From Nageia nagi (lineage: Eukaryota > Plantae > Pinophyta): a stretch of DNA of 64,000 nucleotides. The translations under genes were made by a program, and so were the position numbers. The notes under the pieces are model-generated. The model worked only from the letters and a program-made list of their open reading frames with translations. It had not been told where the DNA came from and made no database searches. Below, one piece after another: positions 41,601 through 52,869 of the stretch. Each line of letters starts with the position of its first letter. Positions within the stretch are counted from its first letter, which is position 1. Where the stretch lies: positions 140,306,001-140,370,000 of the forward strand of contig JBITNC010000001.1 in the NCBI GenBank assembly GCA_050084985.1, given 5' to 3'.

Positions 41601-43960
41601 CATCTAGGGGGCAACGTGGGTGTCATGGGACAACATGGAAGTTTAGAAGTCTTCCCAAGGCTGGCACATGTGTATAAGTGCTCATCCATGCTCTAAGTGC
41701 TAAATATACCTTATGATTCCCACAATCATGTTTTGGGATCTCCAAATACATTAAAACATACTAAACTACACTTGGGGCTCACAATGGGGTCCAACAAACC
41801 TTTATATCTTATATCCCAAGTATTAACTAATAAAGCATAATTAAATAATTAAATATATACAAAGAGGGAATCTGTTGGATGCCAAAATTAATTACAATAA
41901 TCAAAGGGAGACGTCACAATATAGAGAAACCATATTATCTGATTATCACAACACATTCTCTTCCTCTCCTACCAAGACTACATGACAAGACAAAGAAATC
42001 AAACGAGATTATGAAGAGGTTAAAACTAGTGGAAGCTTAATTACATACACAAGGTGCTCAAATGTTATTATATGAATTTGTATGCAAGGAACCCATTCAT
42101 CCAAATATTCTAACTAAATACTACCCCTTTATGTTTTAGGTCCATAAGATAGAACCATTGAAAGGAAAAGAGGACCTAAAGGAACACTTAACAAAGTTCA
42201 AGTATTCTAACTACTTGATTACTAGTGATGATGTGCTTATGCTTTGAACTTTTCCCATGATGCTTGTTGGGAAAGCTATGGATTGGTATCCCTATTTACC
42301 AAAGCATGCAATCTTTTCATATGCATAGTCAACGAACTTATTTTTAGAGAATTTTAGGATCAATGTCAAAGAAAAGTCCTCTATCACATACAACAAAAGG
42401 TTGAAATATTTTTGAAGGAGTCTGTCATCAATTTCATGTCTAAATGAAGATTCATTTTTACAAGCATAAATTATACACTCTCTTATGAAGAACTTGTTAA
42501 AATATTCAGTCAAATTTGTATTCATCCTATAGCCATTTGGATTCAACAATACAAAACCTTTGAAGAGGTAGTTGCCCAGGTTGTACTAATAGAAAAAGTG
42601 AAGACGCAAGATAGGGGAATGAAAGTTAAAAAGAAAGATAATTATCAATGGTTCAAGAATAGGGGATAAATATAATAAGAAACACCAAGTTAAAGGAGTC
42701 TCAATTGTTATTCCCCCTCAAAGGCCACAAAATCTTGTGCCATAAGTCTTCTTAGTACCTCTATTAAATCTGATTAGATTTGAGGAAAGTGGACAAAATA
42801 ATTAGAGATAACACAACCCTTTATGTCCGTCATCCTAGTTTACACGATTAGTAGAACCACTTTTAGATATTTTTAGAAAACTTTATCACTCAAATGATTA
42901 GTCTTCCTAAAATCAAACTATAAAATCCTAATGCTCAAACTCTCAATAGGAGCATTGTAGCTTCCATTGTCAAATGGGTCATGATGCCAATAAATGTCGC
43001 ACCTTCAAGCATTAGTTTAAGATATGATTTATAATGGAAAATTAGATGTGGATAATTATCTTTCCCCCAAAATCAACATCCATGGATATATCAAAATCTT
43101 TTTCTAATGTGTCAATCATCACTCCTAATCTGATAATTCATAACAAGATTCTTTAACAACCTTTTGTAGTCATGATCAATATTGCAAATAGAAATTAGAG
43201 AGGTCCATATTGACCACCACAACTACAATGTTAAAAATAGAGTACAAAACATCCTAGTAGAGTCAATTATCCTCCTCCTAAGAGGATGCAAATTTCAATG
43301 ATGGGAGCTTTGAGAAATCAGTTACAATTAATGTCAACTAAGTTATCTTTATTTAAATTGTTGCAACATTCCAAACCTCATCAGGAGGTAATGAACCAAC
43401 TTTTACAATCCATAAAGTTGGATCTTAGTTATCTATAAAGTTTTCGATATTGTGTGAAAATATCAAGACTTGTAATCAACCAACATAATTATTTAACAAG
43501 TATGAGATCAAAGATTATAAGCATCCTAAAGGTCCATATCCTCCATCGCATATTATTATTGATATGGATGGAAAATACTTTAAAAGAATACTCATTGATG
43601 ATGGTTCTATAATAAATACTATCTCTTCAGTGCTACTTGGTAAATTAAAATTACCATGCTCATAATCAACACCAACTTTGCGTTTACACGCCTTCAATGA
43701 TACTTTGTATCCTACAATGAGAAAAATGGTGTTACCTCTTACTATTTGGGGTATACATTATATATGTGTTACTACATGTTGAAGGAGACTTACAGTAAAA
43801 TATCCTTTTGGGTTGACATTAGATCAAAGAGATGTAGTGTATGGCCTCAATACCCCATGGTTATTTGAAATATGCTAATGAGGGCCTTATTCACTGCATA
43901 CCAATTTATGATAATACTTTTTCCTACTACAATAATATTCAAATGGATATTTGCATGCAT
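35684..43960 (+). pseudogene. Highly decayed Tat/Ogre-type Ty3/gypsy gag-protease remnant (interrupted at 36670-41923)
   Basis: Gag-like start MPTSSHNYFL; FPMMLVGKAMDWY...LFLENFRINV gag core (~42250-42370); RILIDDGSIINTI and NILLG...MASIPHGYLKY protease (~43585-43870). Probable LTR/leader upstream (~34100-35680), boundaries unresolved. Confidence 0.7.
36670..41918 (-). mobile_element. Non-autonomous LTR retroelement (5.25 kb), chromovirus-derived
   Basis: LTRs 36670-37461 and 40756-41918. Perfect TSD ATATA (36665-36669/41919-41923). tRNA-Met PBS (GCTCTAATACCA on +, 40743-40754). PPT at ~37462-37475. The internal region keeps gag-like IPRFDG and a chromovirus-like end (LLKGKQSREGR) but has no RT/RH/INT motifs. 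Confidence 0.88.
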
Positions 43961-44689
43961 ACGCCATTCATATATTTCTACTTGATCATCATTGCTTCTA
44001 CTTCATCACCACTCCCATCACACCTTTCGTTTGTTCATCCCTCATCTAGATCATCATCCTTGAGTTCTAATCCTCCCTTCCACTAGTCAACTCATGGTCA
44101 TACAAGTCACCCTTTTGCTTCACCTAAGTTGTATCATATACACCATTTTTAAAAATTACTAATGATTATACTTATTCAATGTGCATACCTACTAACTCAT
44201 TTCATCCATCTTCCCTCCCCTATATCTTGCATGTCCCAATGTATCATCATCACTAACATATATTCCTACGAAACAACTATCTTGGGTAGAGTGTACCCAT
44301 AAGTATAATGAAATACATGCTATATCATTATCATAGCTTGAGGTAAGTCCTGTATCTAATCCTATTATCCACAATGTTCAATAGGATGGAGATCCTTTAG
44401 ATATTTATCCTATTAAGTTTTAGTTTACTAGTCTTGGATTTGGGGGAATATGAGATACATGATGCAACCTTCGATATACCCACTATCTACGAAGTTATTC
44501 ATCCACCCCTATCATCCATATTCATTGGTTAGTTGGTTTAGTTCGATATTTCTCCAAACCAAATACTTTTTGCTTATGCAAGACCTGATGTTCCATCCTA
44601 GAATTTGACCTACTTGACCTACTTTTTTGTGAAAATTTGACCTACTTGTCACGCCATGCTTGTTCTTTTCTCTAAAAATATTTTAAAAG

Positions 44690-47112
44690 ATTCAAAGGGA
44701 ATGCCCAAAAATTTAAACATTTCTCCAAGGTTTAACCATTGCCCATTGAAAAGAAGCTAGCCAATCAAGGCAATCCGACTAAGCTTGTCTATAGCAAGAG
44801 GTTTTACGCCATTGAATACTTGAATCACACACTTTGCATAAAGTGTCAAGACATTTGAAAGCTTGTAAAACGAAGTTCTTATTTTCTCTAAGAGTAAGAA
44901 AAGAATGATCAACGAAATGGCCATTGATTAATTGACCATGATTCCCAGGAAGAGAAATCCCATGGACTAGCTTTTGGTATGCTTTGTTTGCTAGCAGATA
45001 GCTGAAGGCTTTAGTTGCTAACACACAAAGCGACGGAGCTAGAGGGAAACCCTATCTGACAAACCTAAACAAACCAATGGAGTTGATTTGCAATCCATCA
45101 AGAGTCAACACAACTGAAGCATGGCTGAAAAGCATTTGAACTGACACAATAAAATTTGGGCCAAAGCCCAAGGCTTTGAGAATAGCCAGAATGAAATGAC
45201 CATTCTATCTTGTCATAAGCTTTTTCGAAATCAATTTTGACAAAAAGAGTATCTTATTGGGTGGAATGAACCCACTCCATACCCTTCCAAACAACAATAA
45301 CATTGTCCATAATATATTTGCTCTTTATAAAACCAATTTGTTCAAGACGAACAATCTAGGATAGTAAAGGTTTGAGCTCAACGGTCAATGTTTTAGCAAT
45401 AATCTTGTAGCTGACATTGAGGCGAGTAATGGGTCTCGAACTGGAGATGAGCTCCAAGTCTCCTGACTTAGGAATGAATTTAATATTCCCTTTATTGATG
45501 ATAACCCCCAAAAAACCCATAAAGAGGGCTCCTTGATAGACACAGAAAAGATCAAGACCAACAACATCCTATAAAATTTTATAGAATTCACATGGAAAGA
45601 TGTCTAACCCAAGGGCTTTTTCATTCACCTTGCAAGCAAAAGCGTTCCTTAAGAGCATCTTGCCTATCCTCTGTAAAATTCTTGAGAGGTGAAGACCTGA
45701 GTATAGTGCTTGACAAAAGCATTAGCTATATCAGAGGCTATGTGACCCGAACATTCTCATCAAGAATGGCTTTGAATTAGATTACAAACCTTGGAGAGCG
45801 GAGTCATTGAAAAAACTTTTTAAAAACTTTATCACCCACTTTGAGCCAGTGAAGCCGACCTCAGATTTGAGCACCTTTAGCTTCATACACCTCTACTTTT
45901 CTCAATTCATGTCGAATTGTTGCGACATATTGCTAAAGAGGAATATACAAGGGGTTGGCTTCCAATTGAATAAAAGCATGATCAAATCCATCATGAAGGG
46001 CTCTACTAGAGCGTTTACGAATCTGAACAAGCTTAATGCCAAAAGTTCTCAACACTGAGGTGGTTCTTAGGATTGCATTATTCCACTAGCTAATCCAACC
46101 AACCTTGTTAGTATGTCTTGGGACAAGGTTCTAGATTCTGCAATATGGGCTTTGGTAGTTGGGTGGTGTAAGATAGAGACATTGAGAAAAAACTGAGAAT
46201 GAAAGGTGCAAGGCCTTTGGAGACGAGAAGCAATTTTAAAAACAATTAGCATATGGTCAAAAATGGTGTTGCCCAGAGAGGCTAGGACCATGGGTACTGC
46301 TGGAGAAACTCTAAAAAGCAAAACCAGAGTGATCAATGAGCATGGCACTATCCAATCGTTTAATCACTTTGCAATCACCTAACTAAAAGTTAAACTAGAT
46401 GTACCAAAGAAAATATGAAAAGCTATGGGTATTATGACAAGTATTGGGGTCGACCAACCCATGCTTATTTTTAAGAACCACGTGTCTATTACCCTCACAC
46501 AACATCACATGGGAAGACCTATTTTATCATTAAACTTCTCAATCATGTTAAAATCCCCACAAAACAACCATCCAACCTAGAAAAGAGACAAAGCAAGCCA
46601 TCGCCATAACGAGCTTCTATGCAGGCCATGATTAGAGGCATAGATATTGACAACTCCAAAAGGTTATCCATCAATATCAAAAAGGGTCCACACCACCTAA
46701 TAGGAAGGCTCCACCCCCCACAAGACCAAAAGGGAATTCCACCTCAAAGGAATCAAAGTGATGGCAACTCCTCTACCCTGACAATGATTAGTAGCGTACA
46801 TAGAGCTACTTGACCACAAAAAAGAACTGGCACACTCAAGTTGAACTCTGAAATTTTAAATTCTTAAAACAAAGAAAATTTAATTTACCGTAGAAACTAG
46901 TAACTTTGGCAATTTCACTGTGGACCAAATATTTTCAAACTGGGTCCATCAACCTTCTAACATTCCATGACATAAAAATCATTGCATGGAGTTCAAGATC
47001 ATATCACTATCGAGCTCATCGTCATCATCAATATCAATGCCAAAATCCTTGGTATCCTCTAGTTCACCAAGCGAAGCATAAAGGTTTGCAAGAAAGTTTG
47101 CATGATTGATGC
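44690..47112 (-). mobile_element. Truncated L1-clade LINE (ORF1 tail + ORF2 EN-RT)
   Basis: An acidic ORF1-like tail whose TGA overlaps the ORF2 ATG (46982, MIFMSWNVRRLMDP). Motifs GDFNM, ITRLNVSYKIIA, VKIDFEKAYD, CQGFPLAPSL and FKFLGIPF. Related to the L1 at 22726. Confidence 0.85.
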
Positions 47113-47818
47113 CTGCGAACATACTAAATATATTAACTACAAATTATGCATTTGATTGAGAGGAATTTATGAAGTAGACCACACAATATTCAAATAACAT
47201 TCACAATGCAATATAATCATATTTTCTCCACAAGTGCAACAAATATTTTTGGGTGCCTAATAACTTTCATTTTCTGATAGTTATATATCACTAACACAAA
47301 GCTAATAGGAAAATTAAAAAATTTGGAATCCAACTATTTTGAATCAGTTATTAGTAATATGATTTAGAGGCCACTTCAAAATAACACCCCAAGTATCTAC
47401 GAAGTATTTTTTTTACGCATTCTTGTGAACTGCATAAGATGTTCCAAATTAATTACTGTTCCTCCAGAAGATTTACCTTTGTCAATGCTCTCTGGGTCAG
47501 GACAAAACTCTATAATATTAAAATGCTCTTCACAATGATGCATTATGCATATATTGCGATACTTTTGAAAAAAGTTCCAAATTCAAAATAAACCTATGAG
47601 AACATATATACAGTGGAAACAAATCCAATCTTCTAAAATGGCAAGCAACAATTTCAGATGTAGAGCAAACTGGCTTCTTATGGCTATGAAACCTAGAAAT
47701 CAAGAAAATGGAATTACCTAATACATTTTTGCCAACATCTTCTACATTAGATTCAATTTCTGTTTGGCATATTTCGTTCACATATCTTCAAATGCCTTTC
47801 TGAAACCATGTAAAATAA

Positions 47819-48163
47819 TTACCACTCCTCTATTTCATCCATGTCCTCTTGCATGTCACTTAGATTGTTATTTGTTTGATTATGTCCACTATTAATGTTT
47901 AATGTTGACAAAATGTAAGTATCAGACAAGAAATCATCTACACCATCTACACTGACTGCATCACTTTCAGCTATTCTAACTTCAGAATCCGACAGTCCTT
48001 TATCCAATTCTCTGTCATAATCATCTCTAATTGGTTTCAGCTGCATGTTGACCGCAGGTTGTCCTAACAAGTGCATGACTGGTTTATATTCAGTAGCCCA
48101 AACAGATAATCTGCAAGTTTTCAAAAGGCTGCCAAAAGCCCACCTCTCTGAGAACATTTCCAT
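47819..48163 (-). CDS. RAD17: Cell-cycle checkpoint clamp loader RAD17, terminal coding exon
   Basis: Acceptor TTCAG|ATG. Contains ATEYKP and ends DEIEEW*, like plant RAD17 C-termini. Confidence 0.88.
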   Translation of the reverse strand: MEMFSERWAFGSLLKTCRLSVWATEYKPVMHLLGQPAVNMQLKPIRDDYDRELDKGLSDSEVRIAESDAVSVDGVDDFLSDTYILSTLNINSGHNQTNNNLSDMQEDMDEIEEW

Positions 48164-48655
48164 CTGAATACAACAGAAAAAAAAGCAATACAAGTAAATA
48201 CTAAATAGTTTTTATACAAACAAACTTGAATTATTTTCAACATTGAAAAGTAATTATTTCATACTAAATTTATTTTTGTTATTCCATGTACATCTTGAAC
48301 AATGACTATTAATATGAACTTTCTTTTACTAAACTTATTATGTTAAAGCTTCACAATATTGAAACGCGCTGGGGCTTCTTATGTGGTATGCATTTATGAA
48401 TATCTAGTTCGGATCATAAAGATGAGCCATAAATGAACAGCAATAACATGACCTTTTGACAGTCAACTTGTTAAGGCTATGAAACATAATTTGCTGATCA
48501 TCTCTTTAGCTTTGAGATAACTGTCCCTAGATTATGTTCATTAGAATATGCTAGTACCATCCTCTCTGAACAACTAAGAACTACTATTTCATCTTTAATT
48601 TCCCTTTGAGGATCCAGAGTTGCCGCCTATTATTAGCATGAACTATAGAATTTAC

Positions 48656-48716
48656 CTTCCTTTTGTGAGAAGACCGCTCCACCTGCCACAATGTTGGACC
48701 TCGGATGGATTGCCAT
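48656..48716 (-). CDS. RAD17: RAD17 exon
   Basis: AG/GT-bounded 61-nt exon encoding (R)WQSIRGPTLWQVERSSHKRK, in frame with its neighbours. Confidence 0.9.
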
Positions 48717-48817
48717 CTAGCCAGGTGCTCACATTGAACAAACAGATATTGTCAAACTCATTAAAAGAACACCACTAAAAACTTTTTCGAGTAAATAATT
48801 GATACTTGAACAACTAC

Positions 48818-49043
48818 CTGGAAGGTGCAGGATGAGAATTTGCAAACAGAACTCCACGTGACATAATGGATCCAGCCAAAGCTTCAACCACAAATGTTGA
48901 ATCAACTTCATCCCACTCTAGTAGTGTCTGTATCCTTCTCCGATAACGACTGCTACCAGCACCAAGAAGGCAATCAGAGTCGCTCAAATAAGATACTGCC
49001 ATCCAAGCATCATCTATTGCCTCCTCACTAACGAAATCTAACA
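48818..49043 (-). CDS. RAD17: RAD17 exon
   Basis: VLDFVSEEAIDDAWMAVSYLSDSD...RGVLFANSHP; canonical splice sites; phases fit. Confidence 0.92.
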
Positions 49044-49398
49044 CTGCAACCAAAGAAATATAACTGATCGTAAGATAACTTGTTGATTGAGAACTTTGGC
49101 ATATAATTCATACTGCTAGAGTGCAAATCATTAAAAAATAATTAGAACATAAGAAATTGCTCACGATTCGACTTCATCAAGTTTATTGTTTCAAAAATAT
49201 AAATAAACATGTAGATATATGTTGAATTACAATTAATATGCGAAACAAAGTAATGAGAATTGTAAGATGCATGTTAGAACTGATTGCAGGAAGTGCATAG
49301 AATATTTAATCAACCACGCAAGTAATTGATAAATAGTGCACACATGAAATTTGCATTAAAAACAACAAATGTGGAAAATGAATAGAGTTCACATTTAC

Positions 49399-49524
49399 CA
49401 TTTTCATGTAGGAAAGCAGAAAATGTTCCAGGTTCTGCATTTGCCTGAGAAAGAACTAATTCTGGTATGTCCATCTTCAATGGGTATCTCACAAATTCCT
49501 CCTTGAGAACAAGACAACCTATCC
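49399..49524 (-). CDS. RAD17: RAD17 exon
   Basis: RYPLKMDIPELVLSQA...FLHEN; canonical splice sites. Confidence 0.92.
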
Positions 49525-50289
49525 CTGTAAGATAAAATATAAATGTCCAAGCAATATATTACTTGAAAGAAATATGTGCTTACCGAGAAGAAGCATCAGA
49601 CTAAATATTCACTACATTTACAGAATACATCCACTGCTAAAATCCATGTTTAGGCCTGATGTGTAAACCATAAACTACAAGCCGCCATTCTAAAGGTTTA
49701 AAATTTTGTTTGAATCAAATTAACAATAATGCCAAGTCTATTTCTTAGAAAAATTTTAACTATAACTTCATAGCAATACATTTAATTGTCTAAACTGTAG
49801 TCAAAATCTCCCCAAATAAGCACAATAAACTAAAAAAACTTGATAATTTCCACGCCAACAATATGTATACAAGAAATAAATTTAAAAAAACACCAATTTG
49901 TTCCAAAAGTCACTAAAAGTTTGACAAATCCGAATAAAGTGAAATCATAGAGAACTTTGGCCAAATAATGGGTCACCCAATTGAAACACAGTTTTAATCA
50001 TTATTTTGGTTTCATTTTATGCATATTTCAAAACAGAAGGAAAAAGTATTTGAAATAATAGTTTCTTCCTGATAAATTGTCATATTCCTAATATGATATT
50101 TTTCAAGGCTTGCGATAAATTCTCAATCATGATTTTTGCATACAATGCTCTAAACCGTTAAACATAGTGAAATAAGCTTCAACAAAAAGTTGATGTTTAT
50201 TATATTGGTGAAGGATCAATTGACAGTTTTCACTCAGCAGTATTGTTTTCTTGGAATTCACCATGCATGCATGGTTGAACTTTGATGCT

Positions 50290-52090
50290 TAGAGAAAAGC
50301 AATATTTTGAGTCGAGCTTGCCATCCGCTCCCGCACCTATTCAGCCCATGCCCCACACCTAGTGAGTTCTCGACCCCGTCTCAAGAGCCGTTGACTCCCC
50401 GTGATATCTTTGGCTTTTCTTCACGCACAGACTCTGACTTCAATCTATTTCTACTACTGTAATTTCATCTGGTTTCATTGCTCTTTGTCCGTCAGCTCCT
50501 CCCATGTGGTTAGTCCAGTGGCTCCTCCCACATGGTCTGCTCTCTGTCCATCGTCTTCTCTCACGTGGTTTGTCCATTGGCTCCCTTGCTTCCTCTGACT
50601 CATCACTTGTTAATTGGTCTCAATGGCTCCTCCATCCCGACATCATATTTTTCCTACTCTGCACCTAGTTCCGTGCTTCTGTCCTTGTCTTGGCCCTGCT
50701 AGTCAATAAGTTTGGCTGTGAGTACATGGTTTCCTGTGGATGGTCTAGTTGTCAGCTTGGCTGGTATTGGCTTTGCTGACTTGCAACCTACCGACCAAAC
50801 CTGCACATAGACTTTGACTCCAAGAACGCGCTTCTCTTTGCACACAGACTCTAAACTTGATGTCCCATTCCTACAGCAGAGTCGTCTAGTTCAAACGTTC
50901 TGTTGCAGAGTGAACACTATAAGCAAAATAGCTCTATCATCCAACAGAAACCTTCAAAATTCAAAAACAAGAAGAAATCTCTCACAGTCCACCCCCACGC
51001 ACGTTTCCAGTAAGGATGGAGCACATTCGAATTCTTCCATCCATGTAAGGATAGAGACACTCTGTCCAAAACGCAAGCCTATTAAAATCAAATAGAGCCT
51101 CAAAGATACCCAAATAGAGCTACAAAAGAATATGCAATAGGATCACTGATTTTTAGAACATGGAGGCAGGTTTCAGAGATCTTTGGCACTGTTTCAAGAG
51201 CAATTGCACGAAAAATATGACCATATCATCGAGTTGAAGGATAGAATCAACCAACTCAAATGATCTCAAGCCCCTGTATTGCTAAGATTCCACATCAGCA
51301 TCTACTACAGCTCCAAGAGCTTATATATGAACTTAAAGAAAAACAATCAAATATTCTTCCACAACATGAGCACTTCAAGCAAGAAACCACTGCTCAGCAG
51401 CAATCCATTCAGAAACAGGTGGAGGAACAGAATTCATGGGTACAGTTTGTCAAAGGGAAGAAAACCCCACTCGTGGTTGAAATGGCATTGCAAGCAAAAA
51501 TTTGGAGAGAGGATACACCAAACTAAGGAACTCAATCTCCAAATTCATGGCCTCTCAAAATCAACCAATCCCTTGCAAGTTGGCCATGTTGTTCTACATG
51601 TGACCATGGATCTAAAAGATATCTCTTTTGACAACGCTTGAACTATCCCAGATCACACTCTTGTTAGCAATCTACCAAAGAGAACCCTCACACTACCAAG
51701 TTGATCATGGGCATAGGTCAATGAGACAATGCCTACCTTCACACACAACTATCACTATTCTCCAATGCTCTCTTATCCGCTCCCAACCAACTTTGCTCAT
51801 CATTGTGGAACACCTATTCCCTCCTGCCCGCACATTGGGTTAGAGAGACAATTGCGCATCACCAACTTTCTTTCTACCACAAGGGATTCTTCAACCTGGG
51901 ATGTTAGAAGAGATTCCTAGAAGACCCAATTTGGTCCTCATTGCTTTAGGCAATCATCAGTGGAGGTTATCAAATCTATCATTGGCCCTTGAGGACACTG
52001 CAATGGACATGTGACATTACCGAATAGGCTTTTCCGACATTGTCAATTATTCACTAGCTATTATTCACTATCATCTCAGCTAATGATAGA
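50290..52090 (+). mobile_element. 5' part of a LINE (5' UTR, coiled-coil ORF1, start of EN) in a RAD17 intron
   Basis: Q/E-rich coiled-coil ORF pieces (51260-51641, ...ELNLQIHGL...) followed by an EN-like start (STWDVR). Boundaries approximate. Confidence 0.5.
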
Positions 52091-52869
52091 CTATAGTTTT
52101 TGTACCCTTTAAATTGGCAGTCCTTAGGGTTTTCAAACAAATCTACACTAGGATTTAAACGGACAATAATCAAACTCTTTTGAGATGACCTATGTTGTTG
52201 TACAACGTGATGTAGAAGCATCCTAAGTACTCTAAGAACCTAAGACAAAGGGAACTAGAAACTTGGCACTTGACAGAAGATCAAGAGCTAGAGTAATTTG
52301 ATGATAAATTTTGAGAAGTTTTGTTGTATAGATTCTTAGCAAGAATGTCAATAGCTGTAGGAGCTTAAGATTCATAGTGAATCCCGTTTTGTAGTCAAAT
52401 CATCAAAGTATTTAGCCAAGGAAGCAGAACAAGGAAAGAAAAGTTCAATCGCTACCAATTACCAGTACATCAGATCACCAAACGAAAGGCAGATTGATAG
52501 AACTACCAAATAGCTACAATGCTAGGATTACCAGACAACCAATCGTCAAAATCGACAGAGCAAGGGAGTTGGCCAAAGCATAGGATGAGAGTTGCCATCA
52601 CTAGAACATGGGTCGCCAGATCATCGGAATCAGAGGATTGATATTCAAAGAAGAAACAGGTCATTGGATCGCCATCATCATCACTAGGCTAGAGATGACA
52701 AAGAGAGCTTGATCACTAAAGCGCTAGGTCACTAGAAGAGTGCCAAAATGGATGAAGGCGAAGGATGAGCAGGAAGGAGATTGTTAACTTGGAGCAAACG
52801 TGAAGCCCAGGCCAATAAGAGATATTCAAGTATGAAAGTTCCCAAACATTATTGAGTTAGAAATAGAAA

